Notes under the pieces: model-generated
Told to the model about the DNA's origin: nothing
Database searches by the model: none
The model's input: the letters and a program-made list of their open reading frames with translations, nothing else
Source of the DNA: a virus
Lineage: Duplodnaviria > Caudoviricetes
IMG/VR virus record: IMGVR_UViG_3300020045_000475
Span: 1 to 37,788 of that record
Length of the DNA: 37,788 bases
Direction: 5' to 3' (one strand)
Made by a program: the position numbers and the translations under genes
Part shown: piece by piece, positions 1 through 8,977 of the stretch
Position numbering within the stretch: position 1 is the first letter of the stretch
How the letters are laid out: every line of letters starts with the position of its first letter

Positions 1-257
1 GCCAGCGTGAGTTAATGAGTCTTGTCAGGAAGCTGAAGCCGATTCAAACTAAGGCTATTCAAGCTGCGGTAAATATTCTAGATAATAAGGATGCCTCTGA
101 AAATGGTAAGCTACGTAGCGCGGCTTTGATTATTCAGACGTATAAGGATTTAGTTAAAGATTTATATGACTACCGCTATGATGATGATGAGGCAGAGGAG
201 ATTATGGTTGATAATAAACCAGTGTTCTCACTTAAAATTATTAATAACGAAGAATGA
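1..257 (+). CDS. Probable terminase small subunit, 5'-truncated by window edge
   Basis: Frame is open from position 3 (CAG CGT GAG TTA ATG); helical protein upstream of terL; assignment mostly by synteny. Confidence 0.55.
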   Translation, partial: QRELMSLVRKLKPIQTKAIQAAVNILDNKDASENGKLRSAALIIQTYKDLVKDLYDYRYDDDEAEEIMVDNKPVFSLKIINNEE

Positions 258-263
258 TTAGTT

Positions 264-349
264 ATAACAGGATAGGTTGGCCGACCGACAAGTGAGTTCC
301 CTCGCTCATTTCCTTGTTATTTATCGAGGTTTATTTATTAGGGAAAATA
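264..349 (+). ncRNA. Structured leader copy 1 (three-way junction plus pseudoknot) upstream of endonuclease
   Basis: P1 ataacagga(264-272)/tccttgttat(311-320); UA; hairpin ggt-tggccg-acc; GACAA; hairpin gtgag-ttccctcg-ctcat; loop cctcg complementary to cgagg(325-329) and ttccct to agggaa(340-345, SD). Confidence 0.7.
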
Positions 350-1624
350 ATGGAAAAAGATACAGTCGTTAAACGCGACAAACTAAAGAATAGAAACGAT
401 ATTGAACTTCAAAGTATTCGTGATGAACAAATTGGTTTCTTTATCAAACGACAGAAACATACAAATGAGACTCTAAAGGCAACTGCAGACGATACCACAT
501 TTACTGTACTTGGGGATGGTGCCGGTATTGAGTGTGGAAATAGGTCAATGTTACTTTGCAAGTGCAATGTCTGCGGGTTCCTAAGCAATAATGCAATGCA
601 CTATCTGAGGAATAAATCAGTGTCGTGTTATAAGTGCTTCATGAATAGACTTGAAGGTGAAGCTACTTTGATGGGTCTTGAACTGATTGGCGCTGGAACC
701 TCCGGAACTCAACGTAGACAATATCGTTTCAATTCTTGTGGACACGTTCGTGATATTTCAACAGGAGATGTTCGCGCAGGACATGTCTCTTGTACAGAGT
801 GTACCGAAAATAAATTAAAAGATGCTTGTGACTTATCTGGATTTAAGCTGCTTGGTAGTAATGGTCAATACAGATTAGTTTCATTTGGTTGCTGTGGCTC
901 TGAGCGTGAAGTACTAAGAACACATCTACTTGATGGTAATGTTAAGTGTAGAGTTTGTCACTCTGATGAGGTTGCAATTACTGCAAAAGCTAAAGGGTTA
1001 ACCGTTGTTGAAATTCTACCAAAAACATTCAGAAAGTGCATCGTAGATGCATGTGGTCACGAAATTATTATTGGGTTGTCAAATCTTCGAAGTGGTAATT
1101 TTGAGTGCAAAACATGCTTTAATGCAAAAATGCAAAGAGAAGCGAAAGCTGCTGGTTTAGTTTACGTTAAGAAATCAGTAGGCAGGAAGCATGAGTATCT
1201 CGCGCCTTGTGGACATTCTTTACTTAATAAACCAGCACATATACGAATGGGTCATTGGACTTGTCAAGAATGTGAAAAAGGTTATTTACACTTCCCGAAT
1301 AAGTTATACCTATTTAAAATAAAGCATAAAGACTTCACTTGGTTGAAGTTCGGATATAGCAAAACACCAGAATACAGGAAGTATGACTATAAGTTAATTG
1401 AAGGTTGTGAGACTCAGCTATTAATGAGTGTAGAAGTTCCGACTGGAGCTATTGCCGTACTATTAGAGAATTCTATACATGCTACCTACTCTAACTATAA
1501 CTACTCTAAAGTAAAAATGAAAGAGTACATGACTGAATCTGGATTTACAGAGTGTTATCCTATAGAGATAGAACATAAGCTATTATCTGAGCTAAATAAA
1601 ATAAAGGAACAATATGGCAGTTGA
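350..1624 (+). CDS. Free-standing homing-endonuclease-like protein: tandem Cys/His zinc-ribbon repeats plus C-terminal GIY-YIG (T5orf172-like) nuclease
   Basis: About five repeats of CGH/C..C...CxxC; C-terminal LYLFKI..WLKFGYSK..R...E...GFTECY; ATG 350 has SD (agggaa), preferred over TTG 314; stop overlaps terL start. Confidence 0.75.
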   Translation: MEKDTVVKRDKLKNRNDIELQSIRDEQIGFFIKRQKHTNETLKATADDTTFTVLGDGAGIECGNRSMLLCKCNVCGFLSNNAMHYLRNKSVSCYKCFMNRLEGEATLMGLELIGAGTSGTQRRQYRFNSCGHVRDISTGDVRAGHVSCTECTENKLKDACDLSGFKLLGSNGQYRLVSFGCCGSEREVLRTHLLDGNVKCRVCHSDEVAITAKAKGLTVVEILPKTFRKCIVDACGHEIIIGLSNLRSGNFECKTCFNAKMQREAKAAGLVYVKKSVGRKHEYLAPCGHSLLNKPAHIRMGHWTCQECEKGYLHFPNKLYLFKIKHKDFTWLKFGYSKTPEYRKYDYKLIEGCETQLLMSVEVPTGAIAVLLENSIHATYSNYNYSKVKMKEYMTESGFTECYPIEIEHKLLSELNKIKEQYGS

Positions 1625-1712
1625 GAAATTCACACTAGCTCCAGCATCAGTACCGCAGGAGCAGTTCCTAAAAAGTGAGAGTACAATAACTTTGTACTCA
1701 GGATCAGCGGGT
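1614..1712 (+). CDS. terL: Terminase large subunit exon 1 (MAVEKFTLAPASVPQEQFLKSESTITLYSGSAG)
   Basis: SD aagga then ATG 1614; 33 codons with Q motif (PQEQFL) and first half of Walker A; next codon TAA is the intron start. Confidence 0.9.
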
Positions 1713-1971
1713 TAACTTAGCCCCTTTATGGAGTAATCCATATAGCAAACCATGTGAATTCGGTGAAACTCTTAATAAGACAATACCGAGCGAAGCCCAG
1801 AAATGGGAACGTGTAACGACTATCCCCGGCAGGGGAGTAGGGGCAAGTGCTCCGAAGTACATGGGTTCCAGTAATGGAATATGAGATAGTCTTTTCTTAT
1901 AGGTGACTATAAGCAGTTATTGTAGTAAGCAATGACGGGTAGATAAATCACGCAATCTACTGAAAATCAAG
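1713..1971 (+). ncRNA. Group I self-splicing intron (IA2-like), ORF-less, 259 nt
   Basis: Exon ends in U pairing with G of IGS gccc; terminal G at 1971; P2 tatgga-GTAA-tccata; P3 ccatgt(1750-55)/acatgg(1859-64); P7 gactat(1818-23)/atagtc(1886-91); P7.1 tcccc-ggca-gggga and P7.2 ggggc-aagt-gctcc; P8 ttcca-GTAA-tggaa; P9 cttatag-GTGA-ctataag; removal restores frame. Confidence 0.92.
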
Positions 1972-3375
1972 GCCGGTAAAACTTTTGCAATTATTATTAA
2001 TCTAGTTAAGTTCGCAATGCGTAAGAATACTACTGCGGTAGTCTTTCGTAGGACAAGTACACAACTAAGGCAAAACGGGGGTATTTGGCAAGAGGCTACA
2101 ACAGTCTTTAAACAAATGTTTGGTAAGGATGTTATTATTCGCAGTAGGGACTTAGAAATCTATGTTCCATCTACGAATTCAACAATTAAATTCTCACATT
2201 TACAACACCTATCTGATATTAATAATCATTTAGGCGCACAATATTCACTTGTAATTTTTGACGAGGCAACTTTGTTTCCATTTGAGGAAATGATACTTCC
2301 TTTGATGGGACGAATGCGTAACGCGAATGTAGACTATAAGCCACAAATGATGTGGGCAACTAACCCTGCCTATAATCATGGAATCTACCACTGGATTAAG
2401 GATTTTTACCTTGATGAAAATGGAATCCCGTTCGAGGATAAATCCAATATTGAGCGCTTCTTTATACTTCAAAATAACAAACCATTATGGTATGATACTA
2501 GAGAAGAAGCAGAAGCTATTCATGGTAGTGGTTTAGAAACTCCAGTTCAGAGCTTTAGAAGTATTCGCGCACACATTAGCCAAAATATCCCGCTTCTCAA
2601 GGCTAATCCCGGATACATAACTAACTTGAAATCCTTGCCTGACATCAAGCGTAGGATTTTCTTGGATGGCTCTTGGACAGCACGAGAGGAAGAAGCAGGT
2701 TACTTTAATAGAGCATTCTGTAAAGTTGTCCCTTATCCCAATGTGCTTGCAACTCGCAGAGTACGAGCTTGGGATTTAGCCGCAACAAAACCCTCGACTG
2801 CCTCACCTGATCCAGATTGGACACGAGGTACGTTAGTAAGTAAAGATAAGAACAGTCTCTACACTGTGGAGGACATTCAGAGTATCCGAGAAAGACCTCA
2901 TGAAGTTGAGAAGCTAATTTATGCAACAGCGTTAGATGACCCTCCGGGAACTGTCCAGTGTATCGCATGTGATCCGGGCTCTGCTGGGATAGCTTACTCT
3001 AATACTATTAAAGTCAGATTAGCGGAACTCGGTGTCTCTTGTAGGATTGTGAAATCTAACAAGTCTAAACTACTTAGATTTTTACCATTCTCCGCATTAG
3101 CAGAAGCAGGTGTTGTTCAGTTCGTCAAATCCGAGTGGCTTGAAGAAGCATTTGAAGAACTAGAGAACTTCAATGGAGCTAAGAACAACGGAAAGGATGA
3201 TATTTGCGATACCTTATCGGATGCAATATATGTTCTTAACCAAGGTGGTGCAGAACTACCCCAATTTACCCTCCCGGACCTACACCAGTCCAACAACTAT
3301 TCCAACCTCGGATTTTCCCAACCTGATTTACCCATCGGTGACGCGCCAAGGATTATCCAAGGAGAATTTCAATGA
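1972..3375 (+). CDS. terL: Terminase large subunit exon 2
   Basis: Begins GCC GGT AAA ACT (AGKT), in frame with ATG 2017; Walker B VIFDEA, ATNP motif, nuclease motifs RAWDLA and KDDICD. Confidence 0.95.
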   Translation, partial: AGKTFAIIINLVKFAMRKNTTAVVFRRTSTQLRQNGGIWQEATTVFKQMFGKDVIIRSRDLEIYVPSTNSTIKFSHLQHLSDINNHLGAQYSLVIFDEATLFPFEEMILPLMGRMRNANVDYKPQMMWATNPAYNHGIYHWIKDFYLDENGIPFEDKSNIERFFILQNNKPLWYDTREEAEAIHGSGLETPVQSFRSIRAHISQNIPLLKANPGYITNLKSLPDIKRRIFLDGSWTAREEEAGYFNRAFCKVVPYPNVLATRRVRAWDLAATKPSTASPDPDWTRGTLVSKDKNSLYTVEDIQSIRERPHEVEKLIYATALDDPPGTVQCIACDPGSAGIAYSNTIKVRLAELGVSCRIVKSNKSKLLRFLPFSALAEAGVVQFVKSEWLEEAFEELENFNGAKNNGKDDICDTLSDAIYVLNQGGAELPQFTLPDLHQSNNYSNLGFSQPDLPIGDAPRIIQGEFQ

Positions 3376-3457
3376 GAATTGAAATCTTGGTGAGTTTCAG
3401 TAAACCGAGGTTAATCAGTTAATGATACACAAGATAAACACAAGGAGTGCCTAATTA

Positions 3458-4936
3458 ATGACTGCACGTAAAACAAAAGAAACTATTACAAAAGCAACAC
3501 AAGATACTCCTGACCGTTTTCGCTTAGGTGAAATGGGTAGTTTAGGCTTGAGTACATTTGGAGGCGTATCCACGGAAGAGTTAAAAAGAGAGCTTAACTG
3601 GCCAAACAATATTAAAATCTACAAACAGATGACGTACAGTCCATCAGTGAATTCTTCATTGACACTGTACGAGAATATCATTGGTAAAGTCGAATGGAGC
3701 TACGTACCACCACAGAATGCTACACCAGAAGAAATCAACCAAGCCAAAATCATCAATGAAATGATGAAGGACCTAGACGGTAGTACTTGGCGTGAATTCA
3801 TCAATGACATTCTATCAATGATGGTATATGGCTTCAGTATTCACGAAAAGGTCTATCGCCGTAGATACAAGAGTAATGGCTCTCGTTATGATGATGGTGT
3901 TATTGGCTGGAAGAAACTAGCGATTCGTAACCAAGAGACTATTGAGAAGTTCATCTTCTCGGATGATGGCTCGGATGTACTTGGTGTAAAGCAGAATCTA
4001 TCAGCGATCAACGACAGCTACGGTAGGTATACAGCGCGTGGTTCACAAGAGGTTGTGCTACCTAGGAGCAAGTTCTTGCTGTTCCGTACAGGTAAGCACA
4101 AGGGTAATCCATTTGGTGTAAGTCATCTACGTGATGCTTATAGTTCTTGGAAGTACCTGACTGCGATTGAAGAGATGGAAGTCGTTGGGTTCTCTAAGGA
4201 CTTAGCCGGTCTTCCAGTGCTCCGCATTCCGCCTCAGTATATGTCAGAGGATGCTAGTACCTCACAAAAATCCGTGTATGAATACTACAAGAATGTAATT
4301 CGGAACCTACAGCAGAATCAACAGTCCGGTGTTATCTTGCCTCAAGCATTCGATCCTGAGACAAAGCAACCACTGTTTGATCTGAAGCTCCTCAGTAATG
4401 AAGGTGGAAAGAAATCCTTCGATTCAGACAAGATCAAGGACTACTACAAACGAGCGATCTACGTTGCTTTATTTGCTGAAGTACTTATCTTTGGTTCATC
4501 CGAGGGTGGTAGCTTCAACCTAGGTGTAATCAAGAATTCAATGACTGGTGCTGCTGCGGAATCAATGCTGAAGAATATTAAGGATGTTCTCAACAATGAT
4601 CTACTCGTTCAGACTTTTGAGTTAAATGGGTGGAATACTGCAAGGCTAGGCTCGTTTGATTTTGATGGCGTAGATAATACCGATCTGGAAAGTTTAAGCA
4701 AGTCAATACAGAGATATAGTTCCACAGGTATGTTAGAACGTGACCGTGAAGTAATGAACGTAGTACGTATGAGTATCGGTGTTGATCCACTTCCTGATGA
4801 TATGCCCGTACAAGAAGATAAACTCACAGGTAATACCTCCCGTAGCGGAGATGGTTTAGCTACAATGGGTGAAGGTACGAGTAATTCTATATCTGGTGAA
4901 GATACTTCATCAAATAATCTAGAAAACGCGAGCTAA
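3458..4936 (+). CDS. Portal protein (DUF935/Mu gp29-like)
   Basis: 492 aa after terL; motifs YGFSIHEKVY, GNPFGVSHLR, GLPVLRIP; SD aaggag. Confidence 0.9.
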   Translation: MTARKTKETITKATQDTPDRFRLGEMGSLGLSTFGGVSTEELKRELNWPNNIKIYKQMTYSPSVNSSLTLYENIIGKVEWSYVPPQNATPEEINQAKIINEMMKDLDGSTWREFINDILSMMVYGFSIHEKVYRRRYKSNGSRYDDGVIGWKKLAIRNQETIEKFIFSDDGSDVLGVKQNLSAINDSYGRYTARGSQEVVLPRSKFLLFRTGKHKGNPFGVSHLRDAYSSWKYLTAIEEMEVVGFSKDLAGLPVLRIPPQYMSEDASTSQKSVYEYYKNVIRNLQQNQQSGVILPQAFDPETKQPLFDLKLLSNEGGKKSFDSDKIKDYYKRAIYVALFAEVLIFGSSEGGSFNLGVIKNSMTGAAAESMLKNIKDVLNNDLLVQTFELNGWNTARLGSFDFDGVDNTDLESLSKSIQRYSSTGMLERDREVMNVVRMSIGVDPLPDDMPVQEDKLTGNTSRSGDGLATMGEGTSNSISGEDTSSNNLENAS

Positions 4937-4985
4937 ACGATATTAATAATACCCTAATTACTCAGGGTTAACTAAGAAAGAAACT

Positions 4986-6677
4986 ATGGCAACAAAGATA
5001 GTAAAAGAAATTGTTACTGATGTAGGTGGCAACGTAAGTGTAGAATACAGTGATGACTCAACGGCTAAGTTCAATATAGCTGATACAGTAACTGCAGTTA
5101 CTAACCCCCTCACCGGGGGGATTGATTTAACTGCCGGTGGTGCGCCTGTTGTAGTAGGCGGTGGAACTAAAGTTTGGCGCGGTATGGGGCAGGGCATGTC
5201 TGTGGACATTCAGGGATACAGCGGAGGGGCGGCGTACTCAATGACGCACCGCACGCGGCATTACAGTAGCGTTAAGTTCCGGCGTGCTCGTGCTGTGTTG
5301 CAATGCTTTCACACTATGGGCGTACCTCTTGTGGATACGCTTTTTACCAATGACTACAACTTTCAGGTAGGCTTTGAGTTGGGTTACACCAACGCCACAA
5401 CTGGCTTGCTTCCGCGCAAGATGTTCAAATTTTCAAGCAGCGACACGGCCCAGTATCGGCAGGCGCTACCTCCTGCGAACGGTTACATCGTCAGTGATGT
5501 GCTTGATCTCGGGCGCGACGTTGCTCCGCAGGAATTTTTTGGCCTGTGGACAACGGTTGAAGAGGCAACGGCAGGAACGCCAGTTGCGGGCCGCATCCCG
5601 TACACCCGATCAACCAGCAACTTTTTGCAGCGGTATGTTGGCACCGTATCGGCCAATGGGTTGACGCTTGCGCAATCGCAAATTGCGTTGAATACCGCAG
5701 CGGTAGCAACTAGCATTACTTCAGCCACGGCTTCTCAAGGTGGTGGCAGCAACTATTTCACGCCCGTAATGCTTTTGATCGAAACTGATTCATCTCTGCC
5801 ATTTATCGTTCACCTGTCAGATTCAATCGGCTACGGTGTGGGTGAGAGTGTGCCCGGCAGCGGCACCGAAGGCGACGGCATAGGCTCTGCCCTGAGTAAC
5901 CGTGGATTCATTGATCGAGCAATTTACGAGAACCTTGGCTACTCAAGCGTCAATCTGGGCCGGGGATCGGATGGCAACAAATACCTATCTACTCCGTCAA
6001 ATTGGCCTTATCGCCGCTCACTTTTGGCGCTTGCAAACCCAACGCACGTCATCAACGCAAACATTCACAACGATCCCGGCTCTGTAACTGTGGCAGGCTG
6101 GGCTACTGCAACTTCTTTTGCCAAGTGGGACTGCAAGACTGCGAATGGCAACGTCTATGTGTGTGTTGTTTCCGGTACGTCTTCAGCCGTTGCAGGCGGG
6201 CCTACTGGCACCGGCGGTGGGATCATTGACGGGACTTGTGTGTGGGCGTATTTGATGCCGTACCCGGCGCTTTCTACGGCTCGCAGTGCAAGTATTATGC
6301 TGGCGCAAATGGCAGCGGTTAACTCTCAGATCAAAGAGGTCTTGCCAAACGCCCCCATTATCGTAATGACAGGGACGCCGGATGCGGCATCTACAGACGC
6401 ATGGCGTACCCCCGAAAATCAAACTGTTGCGATTGGCTGGGGCGATTCAACGTCACGAAGAAATCTGGTAAATGAGCAAATCAAGGCCAAAAACCCATTG
6501 CTGCAAATCTCTGAATTTTTTGACCCATCCTCTGTTCTGGAAGACGGCTACCCAACGGTCACGGGTAAATGGGTGAGTAACGGAAGCGCCTCGTATGTGA
6601 CCAATGATGGAACCCACCCTAACAGTGTTGGCTACAAGATTGGGGCGGCCACTCTGACTGCTGACAAGTTTATCTAA
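4986..6677 (+). CDS. Virion-associated SGNH/GDSL-like esterase with inserted carbohydrate-binding-like module
   Basis: Blocks LSDSI (I), NLGRGS (II), NIHND (III), DGTHPN (V); WATATSFAKW...GNVYVC insert resembles CBM5/12; GC-rich after ~5110. Confidence 0.65.
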   Translation: MATKIVKEIVTDVGGNVSVEYSDDSTAKFNIADTVTAVTNPLTGGIDLTAGGAPVVVGGGTKVWRGMGQGMSVDIQGYSGGAAYSMTHRTRHYSSVKFRRARAVLQCFHTMGVPLVDTLFTNDYNFQVGFELGYTNATTGLLPRKMFKFSSSDTAQYRQALPPANGYIVSDVLDLGRDVAPQEFFGLWTTVEEATAGTPVAGRIPYTRSTSNFLQRYVGTVSANGLTLAQSQIALNTAAVATSITSATASQGGGSNYFTPVMLLIETDSSLPFIVHLSDSIGYGVGESVPGSGTEGDGIGSALSNRGFIDRAIYENLGYSSVNLGRGSDGNKYLSTPSNWPYRRSLLALANPTHVINANIHNDPGSVTVAGWATATSFAKWDCKTANGNVYVCVVSGTSSAVAGGPTGTGGGIIDGTCVWAYLMPYPALSTARSASIMLAQMAAVNSQIKEVLPNAPIIVMTGTPDAASTDAWRTPENQTVAIGWGDSTSRRNLVNEQIKAKNPLLQISEFFDPSSVLEDGYPTVTGKWVSNGSASYVTNDGTHPNSVGYKIGAATLTADKFI

Positions 6678-6763
6678 TCCCCTCATCACGAAGATAACAA
6701 CACAAGGTCAACTCACATAACCCGAGTTGGTCTTCCCTGAAGCTAACATAATGGACAATTAAC

Positions 6764-7030
6764 ATGAAATCAAATTGCGTATTCTGGGCTTTACCTAAGT
6801 TCTTACAAAGAGCTAAACCCGGAGAAGAAACATATCTCATTTTCCGCAGGTCCAGAATCGCATGGGGTTTCTTCCATTGTCTTCTGGGGAGACTAAATCC
6901 ACTCACTGGTGAAATCCAAGTAGAAAGCTACAAACCACCAGCAGGTCACAAGAAGACTAAACCAGCCCCTGTATTTGAAGGTGTAGTAATCAAGGGTGAC
7001 GCGGATACTTCTCATGGTGACTTATCGTGA
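6764..7030 (+). CDS. Hypothetical protein
   Basis: 88 aa ORF with SD-like gga, fills gap in operon. Confidence 0.6.
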   Translation: MKSNCVFWALPKFLQRAKPGEETYLIFRRSRIAWGFFHCLLGRLNPLTGEIQVESYKPPAGHKKTKPAPVFEGVVIKGDADTSHGDLS

Positions 7031-7055
7031 GCCTTTATGTTACGTGCCACATTCT

Positions 7056-7376
7056 ATGACACTTTATAACTACAAAATAATCATTACTCATTGGATTGAC
7101 GGTGACACATTCGATGCTATAGTTGATCTTGGGTTTAACGTAATGAGTAAAATCCGCTTTCGTCTTTTGGATATAGATACTCCAGAGCGCGGAGAGATTA
7201 ACTACAGAGAAGCACAGAGTTGTTCTGCTGGTGTATATCCAGTTGGTACTGAGGTTCAAATCTTGAGTATCAAGGGTAGAGCTACTGATAAGTACGGACG
7301 TTGGCTTGTGCATCTACCAAAGGTCAACGAGGAATTAATCCTGAAGCAATTAACTAAAATAAAAGCAAGCAAATAA
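7056..7376 (+). CDS. Thermonuclease (staphylococcal nuclease-like)
   Basis: IDGDTF..VDLGF, RFRLLDIDTPE, DKYGRWL; ATG 7056 avoids overlap with previous gene. Confidence 0.85.
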   Translation: MTLYNYKIIITHWIDGDTFDAIVDLGFNVMSKIRFRLLDIDTPERGEINYREAQSCSAGVYPVGTEVQILSIKGRATDKYGRWLVHLPKVNEELILKQLTKIKASK

Positions 7377-7388
7377 ATAGGAGCATCT

Positions 7389-8897
7389 ATGCCTTGGGGA
7401 ATCCTGAAAGATCAAACTTTACCAGCATTGAAGGATGCTTCACTAGAAGAACGTAAAGCATTTGCTAAAGTAGCCAACGCTGCATTGCTCAAAGGCGAAT
7501 CCGAGAAGGATGCTATTGTTGCTGGGTTGGCTGCAGCTAAGAATGCCAAGGATGTACAGAAGGCTAAACTTCCTAAACATCTACAGGTTATCCTTGATAT
7601 TGTGGATAGTGCCCGGAATACACCATTGGTTGAACCACAGGAGCCCCAGCAGGACGCACCAGAACGCTCTGTAAGCTCTTCTAGCTGGTTCAGTAGTACC
7701 ATTCATACACCAGAGGCTATTAACGCAACTGAGGACGTTTTAAAGGCTTCTATGAGTCAAGGACGTAACCTCATTGGCGCTAACTTCGATACTAAAGGTG
7801 CATTGATTCTTAGGTTCGATAACGGAGATACCATCAGGACTAACGAACAAGTCCTCAAGGAGTACATCGAGCAGTACGTTACAGTAGCTACTACTCCGTT
7901 CTTTGATTGGATTAAGTTCAATACTGAAGCGAACGTACCAAACGAAGATTTCACTTCAGGTATGATGCGCTGGAATGCCTTTGATGGTACTCTGGATTTA
8001 CGCATGGGTGACAACGCTACATTGCAACTAGGAATGGAGATGTACTGTCCACCCCTCTTGAATAATACAGGTGTTACTATCCCGGAAGGTTCTGTTGTGT
8101 ATACCACTGGTGGCGATATGTCAACATCAAGGATTACCTTTGGTCTAGCCACAGCAGCACCTGACTTTGATAGCTTCCGTGTACTTGGCATTACAACTGA
8201 GGATGTAGCCAATGGTGAAGTTGGTTTTATTACTAACTTTGGATTAGTACGTACATTGAATACCACAGGGACTCCTTATGGTGAAGTGTGGTCATCAGGA
8301 GATGTACTTTACGTATCTCACCTCGTAGCTGGTAGGTTAAGTAATATTAAACCAACAGCACCTTACGAGAGTATCCCTATTGCTATCGTTGGTATCGTAG
8401 ATGCAACTGCAGGTACTATCTTCGTTAAACCAAGTCCAGTATCTAGGCTGGATTATGCATCGTTCTACGATACCACTACCCAAGTACAAACTGCAACAGA
8501 AACACCAAGTGCTATCACTCTGAACACCACAAGAGAAGCCTATGGTATCTCTGTGAATAATCAATCAAGAGTAACCGTGAGTAGAGCAGGGTTATACGAG
8601 TTCCAGTTCACTATGCAGGTATCTAAGAGCAATTCAAACGCTCAGAACATGTGGGTGTGGGCTAGGATTAACGGAGCGGACGTACCAGCATCAGCGAATA
8701 AACTCAGCGTACAAGGCTCAAGCACATTGCTCGTACCTAGCTGGAGTTTTCAAGAGGCGATGAATGCGAATGATTACTTTGAGTTAATGTGGGCTGTAGA
8801 CAGCACAACTATTACTCTTGTAGCACCACCAAGTACACTGTTTTGCCCTAGTACTCCAAGTGCTACTTTGACTGTAGCTCAAGTTAATATCAGCTAA
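7389..8897 (+). CDS. Multi-domain virion protein (ChaB-like N-terminus; head-fibre-like middle; C1q/BclA-like beta-sandwich C-terminus)
   Basis: MPW...KAFAKVANAALLKGESEKDAI N-terminus; GITTEDVANGEVGFITNFGLV; VTVSRAGLYEFQFTMQV...ANDYFELMW. Confidence 0.55.
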   Translation: MPWGILKDQTLPALKDASLEERKAFAKVANAALLKGESEKDAIVAGLAAAKNAKDVQKAKLPKHLQVILDIVDSARNTPLVEPQEPQQDAPERSVSSSSWFSSTIHTPEAINATEDVLKASMSQGRNLIGANFDTKGALILRFDNGDTIRTNEQVLKEYIEQYVTVATTPFFDWIKFNTEANVPNEDFTSGMMRWNAFDGTLDLRMGDNATLQLGMEMYCPPLLNNTGVTIPEGSVVYTTGGDMSTSRITFGLATAAPDFDSFRVLGITTEDVANGEVGFITNFGLVRTLNTTGTPYGEVWSSGDVLYVSHLVAGRLSNIKPTAPYESIPIAIVGIVDATAGTIFVKPSPVSRLDYASFYDTTTQVQTATETPSAITLNTTREAYGISVNNQSRVTVSRAGLYEFQFTMQVSKSNSNAQNMWVWARINGADVPASANKLSVQGSSTLLVPSWSFQEAMNANDYFELMWAVDSTTITLVAPPSTLFCPSTPSATLTVAQVNIS

Positions 8898-8908
8898 CCT
8901 TCACTCAC

Positions 8909-8937
8909 TTGACTTGGTTATACCAGAATGTTATAGT
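8909..8937 (+). promoter_or_regulatory. Sigma70-type promoter
   Basis: TTGACT-17 nt-TATAGT with extended -10 TG. Confidence 0.7.
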
Positions 8938-8977
8938 GAACGCTACAAATACACAATACGAATAACGTAAGGATATT

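Noticed and set aside
314-349. TTG start at 314 for the first nuclease
   Set aside because: Lies within the P1 stem of the RNA leader with no SD; ATG 350 has one
2017-3375. terL as an intact gene from ATG 2017, or as a pseudogene
   Set aside because: Lacks Walker A; explained by the group I intron
3372-3422. 16-codon ORF with strong SD overlapping terL stop
   Set aside because: Too short to support; may be a remnant of a deleted gene
5103-6915. NPLTG peptide in both the SGNH protein and the 88-aa ORF
   Set aside because: Five residues with different codons; likely chance
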